A stretch of DNA of 64,000 nt, from IMG/VR virus record IMGVR_UViG_3300042997_002652, positions 160,001 through 224,000 of that record; one strand, written 5' to 3'. Under the pieces are notes generated by a model. It saw nothing but the letters and a program-made list of their open reading frames with translations, was not told where the DNA came from and made no database searches. The DNA is from a virus (Duplodnaviria > Caudoviricetes). Positions 48,101-55,850 of the stretch are shown here, piece by piece (the stretch's first letter is position 1; every line of letters starts with the position of its first letter). Made by a program: the position numbers and the translations under genes.

Positions 48101-51100
48101 TTGATTAATAATCAATTGTTTCTGTATAGTTACACCGCTTATTATTCTTGACAAATAAACAATAACACCATTATAGTTAGCAGTAGCAAAGTTATATGTT
48201 GTAGTTAAGGGATAAATGCTTGTATCTAAATTGTTTGCAAAAGTATAAGTGTTGCTTCTTAATGGTGACTTAGCAGGTAACATGTCGCTCCAAAAGAACG
48301 CTTGTGACTCACTTTTAGCCGCAGTAATAATATCAATAGCTTGATCTAGTATTTCTGAAGGCGTGTATCGTTGTACATATTCTGCATTATTAATAGTATC
48401 TACTAATAGATTTTTAAACTTAGTGTATTCGTTGCTATTAAATTGTAACGCATCAAACAAGTTGTGATTTGTTTTACGCAAGAATGTGCCGGGTAATACT
48501 AAAGAAGCACTATTTTGAATTATGTTAGTTCCATATGGAACTAAGTTACCTAAGTCTCTATAATTGTTTGATCCAAATACTTGACCTAACATACCGGGAG
48601 CATTTACATAAATGTCTCTGTATTGTAATCTAATATCACCAACGTTAACTGTTTCTAAGTCTTGGTTAAATGGATTGTTACTTAAGTTAACAGGTATTGT
48701 ATAATATGCTTGATTACTAACTTGGTTACTTAATATTAAAACTTCAATTGGTGTATCACTATCCAATTCAGAAACGTCTAATAATTCAATGATCGTAGAA
48801 TTTGCAGTAATAGTGTATGAATATTCACTTACGCACTGGCAAGCATTGTTTATGTACACCTGTACACTAGTCCAAGAATCTTGACCTTCTACTTCAGATA
48901 TAGCAGCAATGTCGCATACAAATGTTGTACTAGGATTATCCTTTAGATATGTAAATTGAAATACTTGATACTGCGCACTAGGTGCTACCGCGGTTTGCCA
49001 ACCTAATTCTCTAGTATATTCAGTTCTGTCATCATAATTAAACACATAACCTGTGTTAACTTTTTGAGTTATAGGAGTAGTTCCAGTAACATAATCAAAT
49101 GTATCAGTGTTTAACGAAACATCAAAACTAATATCACCTACATTATCAATAGCACTGTATCTTATAGGAAATCCTAAAATAGGATCATCGGTTCCAGAGC
49201 CTATGCCATAAGAAAATAATGTACAGCCGGCAAAAGAAGTACCTTGATAAATTGTTGGATCGCTAAAACTTATACCGTTTTCATCAAATACATCAAATAA
49301 CGGTGCTTGATTTACAGTAACTTTTTCTTGTGCTGTGATCCAATTATCGTTACTAAAATAATAAGTATTACCTTGATTATTATATCCTCTAGTAATAACT
49401 GCTTGATCATTTTCTTCACACAAACCATCCTGAGCTTCAGTTAATGTAATAACCGGTACTGATGATGGGGATAATTGAGAAAGTGCAACAACATATATTT
49501 TATTGCGTACATTCACATCCGTGTCTGCTGCAAATATAATTCTTGCTCCAGAGAATATAGAGTAATTATTAACTGTAGTGTCTGTTGCAATAACGGCTAC
49601 ACTAGTAGCTGAGCCAACAGATTGTGATACGGCCCAAGACACTGTTAATACAGTGTTATTACCTGCTATGGTTATATTTGTAATTTGTGTGTTGTTAGGT
49701 AAAATATCTAAGTAATCACTAATATACTGCCCAACTTGGAACGTTCCTACAATATCAGCAGTAGGAATAGTAATAGTAGTTGATGTTCCTACAACAGATG
49801 CTATAGATACTGTATTTTCTGTATATACTTCTACATCAGGAAAATAATTGTTTAATCCTGCAATTTGCGATAGTGCATCAGTTGTTCTTTGATCAATGAA
49901 ATCTACTGCATCTTTGCCACGAGTACCTGAGTTGAATAATCCTAAATTAGGATAAAATTCAATAATAGGTCTTCTTGCTTTATTTTCTGCTTTAGCGAAT
50001 TCAGTAACTATTGATGGATTATTATTATAAATCGCAGTTTGATTAATTACTTGCGAATGAAACCATCTGTTGCTTCTAGACCAAGCATTTTTGTTTATTG
50101 CGTTTCTAGCAATAGTAATATAATCTAAATCTGTTGGTATAAACAAATCACTATCAAAGTTTGATAAATCAAACGGAGTAGTATCAAACGGGACAAAGGT
50201 ACTTGTAGTAAAATCTTCAGGTGATACTAATGTTTCAACTGAAATTAGTTCTATTGCCGAACCTACACCTTCTACGTAATATTGTCCGGATAAGTATCTT
50301 GACGGGATAACGTCACCGTCAAATTCTACTTTTAGTCCATTAGTAAACACAACACCATTTGTTGAAGTGTAATTCTTTTTACCTAAAATATCAGTTTCTA
50401 CATTTATAGTATTCGTGGTATTATTTTCAATTATTCTAATAATACCTACTTTGTTTGCAGAAGTACCATCTTGATAGTAAAGCTGATCAAGCGGTGCAGT
50501 AATATAAGGTACTAAAGAAACAACACCTAGCGTATTTCTATAAAATTGTCTGTCAATCCAAGTTGAGCCGTACGTAGCTGTTATTTTTTGTTCAGTTGGT
50601 ATTAAACCGTCTGGTATTAATCTTATAATTGGATTTGTAGGATCTGAGGGATCTACTACATAAGTAATTCTGTAAAAGTTTTCACTAACTGTTGTATAGA
50701 ACCCTTCTTCATACAATCCTTGATTTGCGTTAGCGGTCATTGTTCCGCTATCAGTAGTAAGCGGAAAAGTTGCTCCACCTAATGTATCAGAAATAGTAAA
50801 TTCCGTAGAACTGTCTACACTTTTAATATAATAAATTGTACCTGCTGTTACTCCACCAAATACTGGATTGTTAAATGTAATAGTATTGTTAACTACTAGC
50901 TGACTAGTATTTCCAGTTGATAAAGTAAATCTATCAGTTGATGAATTAGAACTTCCTATTGTAACTACTAAAGGAGCTACTAATGCATTATCATTCGTAT
51001 CAAATGAAGTTTCATCGTAGTATGCAGAAATATAACCAATCTCATTAACTACACCTGTGTCATAAAACATAACACGTAAGTTGTTCAATGAAGTAATACT

Positions 51101-51937
51101 ATCAATTGACCCTAATGCTGACAACGGAGCACCGTTGACATCTTCAAATGGTAGTGTGCTTATCACATCAACTAAGTTGTTACCGGGGAATATAAACTCA
51201 TCTTGTGCATCTTTACTAGGTACTGTAAAAGTAACTACACCCTGAGTAGCTCCGTTATTACTAACACCATATACATCTCGTACCGGCAAATTAGGTTGAG
51301 TAGGACTGAATCCTGATACACCGGGTTCTCCTTGTATCCAAAACTGTGATGGCTGATTTACTGTAAATCTATACGAACCACCTCTTAATAAAGTGATAGT
51401 AGGATTGGTACTGCCAGCAGAAGCTCCCAGTTCTCTTATATTATAACCATTAGCTAAATCAGTAACTATATAATCATTGGTTGAATAGACTAGTGCAGAA
51501 GACACAGTTACTGCGGGAGGACCAGTAGGTATCCAGTAATATTGATTGTAATTTACTATTTTGTCAAAATCAGTAAATGAATCCCATGAATAAATCTGAC
51601 TTTCAAACAGTCTTGAATTATTATTAGTAATTCCTCCCTGCAATTCTAGTGCATCTAAAATACCGGGATAGCTAATAAAATCTTGAGCAGTTGACTGATT
51701 AGTTTTTGTAAATACAACACCGGGATCTAGTTGATAGTCTGTTCTTGTTTTATTTGGTTCTGTTACATAATAATCATTAGCATTAACACCATAACCTACT
51801 TTACTACCAATATATCCTTGTATCTTTTTTGTGATAGGAGGATTTACTAGCTGGTCTAGTGTTGCTGACAAAAACTCAGTGTTGGTTTTTGTTTGAAAAA
51901 TTTCGGGAAGAAAATTAAGAGTTCTTATTCTTGTCAT
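33140..51937 (-). CDS. Giant (6265 aa) baseplate-wedge/tail-fibre-like protein with ~15 repeated beta-domains and two predicted beta-propellers
   Basis: Uninterrupted ORF after the gp6-like gene; recurring F.G...GG...G..YY(I/V)....FT(I/V)S...GG motif; FG-GAP-like and Asp-box-like blades. Confidence 0.85.
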   Translation of the reverse strand: MTRIRTLNFLPEIFQTKTNTEFLSATLDQLVNPPITKKIQGYIGSKVGYGVNANDYYVTEPNKTRTDYQLDPGVVFTKTNQSTAQDFISYPGILDALELQGGITNNNSRLFESQIYSWDSFTDFDKIVNYNQYYWIPTGPPAVTVSSALVYSTNDYIVTDLANGYNIRELGASAGSTNPTITLLRGGSYRFTVNQPSQFWIQGEPGVSGFSPTQPNLPVRDVYGVSNNGATQGVVTFTVPSKDAQDEFIFPGNNLVDVISTLPFEDVNGAPLSALGSIDSITSLNNLRVMFYDTGVVNEIGYISAYYDETSFDTNDNALVAPLVVTIGSSNSSTDRFTLSTGNTSQLVVNNTITFNNPVFGGVTAGTIYYIKSVDSSTEFTISDTLGGATFPLTTDSGTMTANANQGLYEEGFYTTVSENFYRITYVVDPSDPTNPIIRLIPDGLIPTEQKITATYGSTWIDRQFYRNTLGVVSLVPYITAPLDQLYYQDGTSANKVGIIRIIENNTTNTINVETDILGKKNYTSTNGVVFTNGLKVEFDGDVIPSRYLSGQYYVEGVGSAIELISVETLVSPEDFTTSTFVPFDTTPFDLSNFDSDLFIPTDLDYITIARNAINKNAWSRSNRWFHSQVINQTAIYNNNPSIVTEFAKAENKARRPIIEFYPNLGLFNSGTRGKDAVDFIDQRTTDALSQIAGLNNYFPDVEVYTENTVSIASVVGTSTTITIPTADIVGTFQVGQYISDYLDILPNNTQITNITIAGNNTVLTVSWAVSQSVGSATSVAVIATDTTVNNYSIFSGARIIFAADTDVNVRNKIYVVALSQLSPSSVPVITLTEAQDGLCEENDQAVITRGYNNQGNTYYFSNDNWITAQEKVTVNQAPLFDVFDENGISFSDPTIYQGTSFAGCTLFSYGIGSGTDDPILGFPIRYSAIDNVGDISFDVSLNTDTFDYVTGTTPITQKVNTGYVFNYDDRTEYTRELGWQTAVAPSAQYQVFQFTYLKDNPSTTFVCDIAAISEVEGQDSWTSVQVYINNACQCVSEYSYTITANSTIIELLDVSELDSDTPIEVLILSNQVSNQAYYTIPVNLSNNPFNQDLETVNVGDIRLQYRDIYVNAPGMLGQVFGSNNYRDLGNLVPYGTNIIQNSASLVLPGTFLRKTNHNLFDALQFNSNEYTKFKNLLVDTINNAEYVQRYTPSEILDQAIDIITAAKSESQAFFWSDMLPAKSPLRSNTYTFANNLDTSIYPLTTTYNFATANYNGVIVYLSRIISGVTIQKQLIINQDYVISQDAPSLTVTLDLIAGDKITIKEYNQTYGSYVPNTPTKLGLYPAYTPQVVLDTAYTQPTYFIKGHDGSYNKLYGSYNTNLGVLEDFRDQGLLEFETRIYNNLKLSSTVPIQTYEVLPGFFRDTDYTYSEFLQMYSESFLNWVGQNRLNYKTQVFSKVNEFTYNYTNAANKLTNTPIEQGYWRGVYQYFYDTTTPNATPWEMLGFTDQPTWWTERYGPAPYTSDNLILWNDLEQGVIWNDGVPITVETVARPGLTNIIPVDSAGNLVSPFVAIVGNYNPNTFQRDWKVGDDAPVELSYRRSSAYPFDLMRIFALMKPANFFNLGVDVDNYKYNLEFNQYLVNNRSHLVISDVEIYGSGTAKTSYINWIVDYEKQIGINATENITNLLDNLDVRLIYRLAGYSDKNLLKFYVEKGTPNSRNASLLIPDESYSLLLYDNQPFDRIVYSGVVIQITQDGYTVFGNSQTNAYFKVLKPVNNGKYNNIQVEDAQVKVAVDYTANELLIPYGAKFYSEQEVAQFLSSYGAYLTSQGMIFNDVLGGIEVNWDQMISEFLYWSQTGWEVGSILLLNPSAQTLKIDKESSIVQPLTVQNTNFVLNQNLYPIQAKDLSVFRNGTEFSVTALNQGDTVSYGQFNLSNFEHAVVFDNTTLFNDTIYNLITGLRQNRIYVRGTKTAEWNGTITASGFILNQDNIKEWSRAVKYTKGSIVLYKNKYWTALKVIEPSNIFNERDWKETDYDQIQKGLLPNSSTRSYESALYYDTNKANLENDADLLGFSLIGYRPRDYMALVDLTDITQINVYQNLIKNKGTRNAIEAFRGATLPQGGIEYEVYENWAIKSGEFGGLLNKNFVDFKINEQYLTGNPSIVSLTNGVYTPGSQQEVPIYSLFNYARPIDSPNILSTIDPSTPTQVYPDAGYVNFDDVKMSSYFYSGLPVARDKNNEPVLINDFYVRDYAWLANYLGNWDVLAWTSVGRVIAVRSNLNNTATITFAQPHGLVRLQPLSIINYATNVDGYYIVANIVNLNEVIINLPVATEIASTGQGIGLTFQSQRVSNPASINNLPLLDTEFVKNTVWVDESTDGSWAVYRKSLNYQYNNEVTKTNSTTFGSAVAYTDQAGYLISDASAGEVYRYAQDSANNYFIVETLTGGTSFGSKIVYAGNTYVISEPTTASEVHVYVINDSQLSDDFVLYQTIAAPGGVTDWGSELAISGDQNWLYISDIANDKVHVYQKQNILLNAGYFVSGQTYVITDLGTTDFTLIGAIESKVGITFVATGVGTGTGAATQITYKASTIINGVALSLVSSTDKFSKSITTNYYGDVMVVGAPDKDYDGNIANWGSAFAFSRAVQNIEVQFNTIGQTFQLAWTPITVSRTVSATNATGNLITLNSVSGIAVNDPIIFSGTGLLGTGIQGNSVYYIRSIAGSDITIKTSRSSITPEAISTVGSVSNVTATVQTSPLYVSRNGVIVQDNNYGVIGSTFVYSGTLTAGDIITVSDSKFTYAQTFTSNYNNRVGTQFGYSLDTIQSGSEILIGSPFEISDENQEGAVYRFTNAGAKFGLVTGVNECNVTAVRPLLINGYFVNVPIGNATVVANAINSANITNIQAAATVDNKLMIQVINTDLTQVNQKLIITAVDTTTLTELGIEIYTNTQVINCPHEFGPTQFGSVVQFNEYDSVVISAPVATRYEGTTFDFIDDEDFTNDTIFDNNATQFIDTAPNAGAVYMFDYISNYNENLTNIGEFVYAQSVNSKDIVYGFNPLYGTALDFNSNVVMIGTPNFLPDSVDGQVTIYENESGIKDWSIYRNSAPIVNIDSIQNAQLFSAETNNTLINLDYIDPLQGKLLGSVRQNINYVTSIDPANYNSDEIFDPQSGLIWGPEKVGKVWFDTTNVRFVNYHQNDLVYNSKYWGTVFPGSDVAVYTWVVSNVSPRDYQGPGTPKDSTRYTVSSIIDSSNIVTPVYYFWVRNSNIIFREEGKTLSDTILESYISNPKNSGIAFFAPLRDNSFALYNCAEYINANDSVFHIGYANGTNDDEAHSEYTLIKEDFADDFLPGLPKLGSNAEPIGLYDRLLDSLAGVDEEGSVVPNPYLPKAVQSGVLARPRQSFFYNRYLALKNYLTYANEVLAQYPISEIRPDISLLFAQGEFYNTPDYWQYINWWTTGYDNNTKSAIQVPLYADLSTLSVATDTIVTVENNGSGKFEVYRYDGNSIWTRIGLENGTIEFNLTLWDYAEARLGFGDNFFDTSSYDEYPSEETRYIIRALNEQIYIDELLLFRNKGLILLFDYIQSESTESQNYLPWLNKTSLVDVAHTIRELKPIEVFQTDNQDFLAGYINEVKPYHVVVKEFVFKYTGIDTFDGNITDFDLPAQYDKSVNQFITPSLVYSNPNQDNEYVDTDDIWQTAPYTQWFQNKGVSLTGESNYEITTLVSYMTLGSSFMFVDNAQGFPINGTIRIGNEEIAYSSVDRALNLVSGLQRGLNGTAISQHFPNEKIFIDLPEVIVLNGGKGYVDPPRVTAYVDLDLYPAPTTEAVFEAVMSLDSVLSINVIDPGQGYMVLPEIRIDPSVVISFTNADINSTLHTIRVYGPNLATGDLVLFKQSDAGVGRLANNQWYYINVLETTPTAIVAFYSNYSDAINDTNRIQISDIGTDDQLTISLGAKASAITSASPIRENNITLRFDRTTYTSQVQDWRAGTYYGSFFAGSYFNSESVSSSSMQLESVLPPISSVLASAQGVAFEITDVDNDRQLTWSSLERNVGNTILATNAIRLIPLDDGSANPNASGSTIGFYEGMPVKFVGAVAGGLQENITYYVKTIINDTDFTVSLTEGGGTVTLTNATIPAAGLKCLAGEVVDTAVLTVNYPGILEVTATQAGTNALTVPMSLIGTGGTEGFYTNLPVFFTKYSVTEPVFGGVIENDVYYITTVINSQTFTISETQDPLSTTATATTASNNRVTVSSTDDFSVNDPIIFTGTTFGNIIAGTTYYVSEIVNTTQMTISTLINGGVFVLSNGAGSMLLTSQANTLTLSTATGSMTMNVSLPVSPGQVNGQLFTLYSTSEQYPNVSGTNSSLIERTMTATIATLDRITIDSSTGNTDDFYVNMPVQFDTTIGGLTAATTYYITDYGIVEIDAISTSSSNLITCDTTESLYVGMPIIFSGQGLGGITIGVEYFVESINIDGIRFTISDTDGGSVKILTNDSGSMLGTGEEYITVSASSGGSDVTLSNTVSDFDMTQEIIIDAIFDVSYILGGYRALVSTAGEGYAVNNTIVIPGADIGGATPANNLTLTVNTIDETDGGIIDVICSGIVAGTSDQYYLKVISPNQFEVYSNPLMTVPVTGIGFDFVGFTTTTATNITASNDRVTVTSSANFSVNDPVVFTGTIFSSQITLGQTYYIVDKPTATTVRLTTEPGGSVINFTTDTTGSMSMTKAGSFALLPEPFYFNQSIVKFNNRVYVCVVSNNDDDFIFGKWELLDSGDRRLNAMDRVVGYYQPTVNMPGVDLTQLFEGVTYPNSTYLGNPFAPAQQYELDTILQTQAFYPTDIDVASVVWNGTNYLAAASAPNYSAVLGSETGESWAVAKLTNAGIGLTDIIQANNIYVMSSTNSATPILRSNDGIVWTTTGTVTSEIGPQPISIAALSLQSVAYRNNLFVAVGEGIVSSSDTYDWTQRLAFTEYDNTLYGVSAVNVAAFTGFVAVGKGEVPEYSTGLTQIVDTNLIYYSANGINWTGVNFIPSAGVNTSTPNGFNGVAANGNNIVAVGENGVIYYSENGASWLGVNEVTVLSVNSATEQLILTNTAGFAVNDVIRFTDSFSSITAGISYYIKTIVSSTQVEISTSLGGTVLNLTDGSIPFRTRMYSYPTTATLNDVVYGDGVFIAVGDTGTIRTSTNAITWTTVASGTTEKLKGISHKETGSFIAVGENDTVLLTDDYGVTWTVSTLFVVAPPIYDIQGDAFTAGYAPEELVAGMVTDNLAMTVNTRPGTNWPATEYAHTGYNIVSLELNPVSSTQTVYSFDGAAQYPTEIFVAVINGTTGLSTTIYEGTDYAIDWINNIITLTTSIAFTPVSDTLRIDVYETGNGDQLVKSNSKTDPIRLNTDTGFNEIYLNCNYSGVIYSGSGVIRPETYSVEVFATATESVTNRILCDSVQQFVINEPIRFQGVVFGNIVEDQQYYVKSISPATNTITISDSINGITGVAGSIYVLTDATGLMLVNIEIGSGLVWTDPIVTYNGTKLVIGNTNTAVKTKSSNNAVVTVSTNGLIANSPVTFGEGIFTGSNIDPLTTYYIKTIIDSNEFTISETPSGSVKVLGNASGRSMYITNDYAIGLASNGISAKLVFAAPYDNSTDYLSYTIFGETFPAQYGYTLPETQILSGDGIEDTFALNNFVGGDNPGNAIVEVDGIRLSPLGDYTIDPALDEIIFNSAPTNGSTIAVTTFNDTQQQYLNTQVIGDGISTAPVVNAIQSISNEITLPLAVTRATATTAGVPNEITVDSTSGFVLNATVEFKGISFGGIATDGTVYFVDSIVSSTVFTIKNENGTQIVTTLGTGTIQVTVGGKPAVRVTTAAANGLSENDLVRIDGTLGSIQLNNNTYYAKIIDSTTFDLYESGIPGYAGYNPAFGAVNYPITTISSYTGEGYVWLVDSYYLVTQIATATTTSTNLITVTSTSQLVVNTPVIFTGSVLDGLVAGTTYYIRAIVSATQFTVSATRGGSSVALSNDSGSMNVTQWEHVNTDRLWVTVNGERVPSTSLRLNADNNLSILTSIDSSDVVIITSMMPYATPDEEIYLNFVDTINEASVYRANTGTRTWLTQPIYDLSTVIYVDDVTRLTNTIVQSVTTPAAVSGNYNFGLTADKRLITNVTVYNNSTNEFISSDNYRVVIEELSPILKITAGSYINVGNQLTITTLEGNLIYVNGEQIRFGSVDLTNNTLSNLERGVNGTGKQSLILTYTEVFGLLSKNRLSDVYYNQTWNPIDDAIFNTVDGDPLQISETVSAEFLNTDIL

Positions 51938-51946
51938 TTTTAATGA

Positions 51947-54900
51947 TTACCTACCAATTTGTAACTCAGCGGGAGTTAATGCCGCTACTACCAATACATC
52001 ATTTGCTACTGCCCCATTTGCAAAAATCTCATAAGGCATGCACTTTATTTCGTATAAATCACCAAAACGCTTGCTAGGATCATTTGGTACTAATACAGCA
52101 GAACTTATTAATTCTCCGCATTCAGCATGTAGATATGCACTTAGTTCTGAGAAAAAGAACGTATCTCCAAAATTCCAATTGTTAATATTAAAATACTCAT
52201 TCATTGCTGTTAATACTGCACTTCTGATTTCACTATCACTAGCATTAGTTTTACTTTGTTTAATTACCTTTATTGTGGCTCTTAGCGCAGGTTCTGCTTT
52301 AGGACCAAATAACGGTTTGAATACAACACTATTTAACACCACAGAATCCGACAACATTTTGAAATTCTGAACTTGTGAGTACTCTTGATTTAGTTGATTG
52401 ATCGTTGGCATATCTGGCATAGGTATTGTGTTAGTTGAATCTTGAATCCAATTTTGATACGCAGTATAATAAGATTGCGTAACTACATAAAGATCAATAA
52501 TATTAGTAGTAGCTGGATCTATTCTAGTAGTATTATTAGAATTATGTCTGTATTGAAAAGACAATCCTTGTCTACCCGGTTTTACTGAGTATTCAAGTTG
52601 TTCTACTAATACATATGAAGGTATAGTTACCGTTTGATCTTGTACTGATTTGTAAAACTTATTCTCTGTATATGCATAAAATAATTGTCCTAGAGGATAA
52701 TCATATTTTACAACTTCTACTTGAGTTTTAGTAGCAAATTGATACACAACGTCAGTAGAAGGAACAATAACTTCTCTTGATAAATTAATAGCATCTTGAA
52801 TTAATCTAAAGAAAACATATATTCCTATATTTGAACCCGTATTATCGTAACCAGTAATTTGCTGAAAGAAATCTGGATTTAAGATTAACTGACTGTTATT
52901 AACATCAGTAGCCGCAATTTCAACTTGGAAATCATCTACATAACCGTCGGATTGAACAGTTTGTCCTAAAATATTAACTTTTACATCTTTACCTAAACTT
53001 TGTGAAGAATTAGGCTGAGAATTTACTTGTAAAACATTAATAAAGTCTTGAATAATTTTTCCAGTAAACGGATCGTATACTAACTCATCTCGTGCAAACG
53101 TAAATCTAGTATCCGCAACACTACCAAAGTAATAAGTTAATGACTTAAGTGTAACAGTATATCTACCTGATCCCATACTTTGAAATTTAACAAAATAATT
53201 CTCGTCGGTTATAGGTCTAATAGTCCATCTTTCTTGATTTATAGTAAGGGCGTTATTGAATACTAATGTAAAATTCTGTTCAAGTTCCATACGAACTACA
53301 CACTCATTAATTAAAGTAGCAGATAATGAGTTGTCAAAAACAGGTATAACGCTAACTAATATTGATCCTGAAGGAACATATCCGTTTAGTGTTACGGGTC
53401 CTGTTCCATTAGCGAAACCACCTTCGCCGTTATTACTACCGTCTCCTATAACGTTTAATACAGTAGTCCAAATAAAATATTGTTCAGAATTTGCGGGGAT
53501 CCCTGCTACCAATCTATTGTTGGCATCATAGTAAAATCCTGACGGTGCACGAAATCTTAAAATTGATCCAGTAGTAACATACTTTGCATTAGTAGTAGTA
53601 AAGGTTCCCAACGAAGCGGGAGTATTATTACTACCAGATATGTTATAAAAATATCCTGATTCACTAGAAGCATCTACTGAACTAGTTTGCCAATATACCC
53701 AAGTGTTGTTAGGAGCTACTTGTGTATTTGTAATAGTATATCTAGGATAATTCTGAATGTAATACTGATTAGCTTTATTTTCTGCAAGAACAGACGCAAG
53801 TGTATTATTAAAGAATGCAATAATATCACTTATGTTATCTATAGTAAGTTCTAAAAATCCGTCAGTATCGTTTTGATAAAGAGCACCATCTGAACCAAAC
53901 GAATTAGTACTTGAATATTTTCCTGTTGGGTCTAATAAGTCAAAGTTTTTAGAAATACCCACTGAACTACGATTAATTGCTTTACTTTTTATAATAGAAC
54001 TATAAAGAGTATAAGGGAAGTTGTTGTAGTCTTCACCGTTTACCATTCTGTTTTGCGTGTAATAACGAGTAGGTGCTCGTTGTTTAATTTCTGATAAAGG
54101 CTCTCTAACTTGCGCGTTAGATACAGCAAGTGGTAACTCTAATCCCAATGTTAGTGTTTCATTTCTTCCTTGACGATTCACATAAGTAAACGCTACCGTA
54201 ATGCCTTGCATTTCTGACGGGTCAATTACATATGTTTGAGCGTTACTAGAACGTACATATGCTCTAAATAATCCTACCGGTACTTCAGAAAATACGCCAT
54301 CACCGAAAATATAAGTAACTTGATCGTTAAATCTAGAATTTACTGAAAATATTTTTTTGTCAGAAAACTCTGTTTGTAGGTATGCGTCTGCATAAACGTT
54401 GTCAACTTTTCTCCAAAGTGTTCTATCACCATTGTTATTGTTTAACTGATATAACCACGTGTCTGTATTATTAACACCTTGAATACTACCTATATCTACT
54501 GTTTGATTTGATATTTGTTGTTCTAAATTAAAATCAAAGTTTTGTAGTGTCCCTTGTTTGAAGTAGAAAAAGAATCCAGTTTCAGGACTACCGTATCCCA
54601 ACTTGTCATTACGATATAAAATGTTAAATCTACTACTAGGGTCAGGTGGAATTTCGTATATATAATCTTCACCTAAACTAGTTACAGATACTAACTCAAA
54701 ACTCATGTTCTGTCCATCTACTGAAGAAGTAAACGGAGCAATGGGCAAACTATTATCAGGAATTTTTATTGAATATTCGTTTGTTGTTACATTCACTATG
54801 TCAGTAGAATTACCCGGTCTACCTATGCGTTGAGTATCAACTAGAGTAGCATTGATAATAGTGTTGAATTGTTCTAACCAATTTGGATTTGCTGGGTCAT

Positions 54901-55333
54901 TCCAAAGTATAGGTATATTATTTAAATTAACACCATTGATGTCTAAAAGATTTTGTGTAGTTTGGATACTAGTAACTTTCAAATAACCTTGAGCGGCTAA
55001 GTTTCTTTTAGGAGTATAGCTTACTAAGTTTGCTAACTTGATTACTGAGTCTCTGCGTTCAGCAGTGTCAATAAAGTTTTCACGAGAGTTTAAGTCGTTT
55101 CTAAAAGCAAGACCCTGACCCATATAAGCCATAACGTCAAGCAGAGCAATAAACTCTGAACTTTCAATATAGTCGTTAAAAGTTTCAGGATAATATAATT
55201 GCAAATAGTCTATAAAACTCTTTCTAAGAGTTTCATAGTCATAGCTTCTAAAATCCGCTTCTCTGAATGTCTGGTAAATCTGCTTCCAGTCATTGACTCC
55301 AAAAAGTCCGCTTTGTCTAGATGATGTTGCCAT
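51947..55333 (-). CDS. Baseplate wedge protein, T4 gp6-like
   Basis: DFRSYDYETLR, FNDYIESSE, ENF..TAERR.SV..LA..V.Y, QNRMV..EDY. Confidence 0.88.
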   Translation of the reverse strand: MATSSRQSGLFGVNDWKQIYQTFREADFRSYDYETLRKSFIDYLQLYYPETFNDYIESSEFIALLDVMAYMGQGLAFRNDLNSRENFIDTAERRDSVIKLANLVSYTPKRNLAAQGYLKVTSIQTTQNLLDINGVNLNNIPILWNDPANPNWLEQFNTIINATLVDTQRIGRPGNSTDIVNVTTNEYSIKIPDNSLPIAPFTSSVDGQNMSFELVSVTSLGEDYIYEIPPDPSSRFNILYRNDKLGYGSPETGFFFYFKQGTLQNFDFNLEQQISNQTVDIGSIQGVNNTDTWLYQLNNNNGDRTLWRKVDNVYADAYLQTEFSDKKIFSVNSRFNDQVTYIFGDGVFSEVPVGLFRAYVRSSNAQTYVIDPSEMQGITVAFTYVNRQGRNETLTLGLELPLAVSNAQVREPLSEIKQRAPTRYYTQNRMVNGEDYNNFPYTLYSSIIKSKAINRSSVGISKNFDLLDPTGKYSSTNSFGSDGALYQNDTDGFLELTIDNISDIIAFFNNTLASVLAENKANQYYIQNYPRYTITNTQVAPNNTWVYWQTSSVDASSESGYFYNISGSNNTPASLGTFTTTNAKYVTTGSILRFRAPSGFYYDANNRLVAGIPANSEQYFIWTTVLNVIGDGSNNGEGGFANGTGPVTLNGYVPSGSILVSVIPVFDNSLSATLINECVVRMELEQNFTLVFNNALTINQERWTIRPITDENYFVKFQSMGSGRYTVTLKSLTYYFGSVADTRFTFARDELVYDPFTGKIIQDFINVLQVNSQPNSSQSLGKDVKVNILGQTVQSDGYVDDFQVEIAATDVNNSQLILNPDFFQQITGYDNTGSNIGIYVFFRLIQDAINLSREVIVPSTDVVYQFATKTQVEVVKYDYPLGQLFYAYTENKFYKSVQDQTVTIPSYVLVEQLEYSVKPGRQGLSFQYRHNSNNTTRIDPATTNIIDLYVVTQSYYTAYQNWIQDSTNTIPMPDMPTINQLNQEYSQVQNFKMLSDSVVLNSVVFKPLFGPKAEPALRATIKVIKQSKTNASDSEIRSAVLTAMNEYFNINNWNFGDTFFFSELSAYLHAECGELISSAVLVPNDPSKRFGDLYEIKCMPYEIFANGAVANDVLVVAALTPAELQIGR

Positions 55334-55358
55334 AATAAGTCTCGGTTAATATATACTA

Positions 55359-55364
55359 TATTTA
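55359..55364 (-). promoter_or_regulatory. Putative late promoter core (TAAATA)
   Basis: ATGATAAATA 25 nt upstream of ATG 55333. Confidence 0.6.
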
Positions 55365-55396
55365 TCATTTTGAAAAACCGAGAGTTTTATGATTTA

Positions 55397-55846
55397 TTAA
55401 ATTCTAGAGGCTACACTAGTATCTTGATTAAAAAATACATTTAAAACTAATGCTTGATTGAATGGAGTTACTGCCATTTCTACTTCTATTAGTATACCGT
55501 TGTCACGAGGATAAATATTTACATAGTTAAGTTGAAGTCTTGGATCTAAACTAGCAACTCTTCTGACTTCAGTTTCTAACTGCTGCTGCGTATCAAAATT
55601 ATTAGGCTCAAATACAAAACTCCAAAGAGTAGTTCCATATCCTGGTTGTCCTACTTTTTGTCCTAAGGGTATATTAAGTGCATTTATAAAGTCTTGAATA
55701 ACTAGTTGACTATCCACCATTCTAAACTTTTTACCAAATACGATAGGATCAGTTATACCGCCGGTGCCGGCATCACTACCGGGCCTAGCGTTAGTAGTTT
55801 TTGGTTTGTCTGCATTTATTGTACTGAATCCGATGTATGTTGGCAT
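55397..55846 (-). CDS. Baseplate wedge protein, T4 gp25-like
   Basis: D..N...I..G.K...P.YG..LW..VFEP, DPR motif. Confidence 0.9.
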   Translation of the reverse strand: MPTYIGFSTINADKPKTTNARPGSDAGTGGITDPIVFGKKFRMVDSQLVIQDFINALNIPLGQKVGQPGYGTTLWSFVFEPNNFDTQQQLETEVRRVASLDPRLQLNYVNIYPRDNGILIEVEMAVTPFNQALVLNVFFNQDTSVASRI

Positions 55847-55850
55847 GATG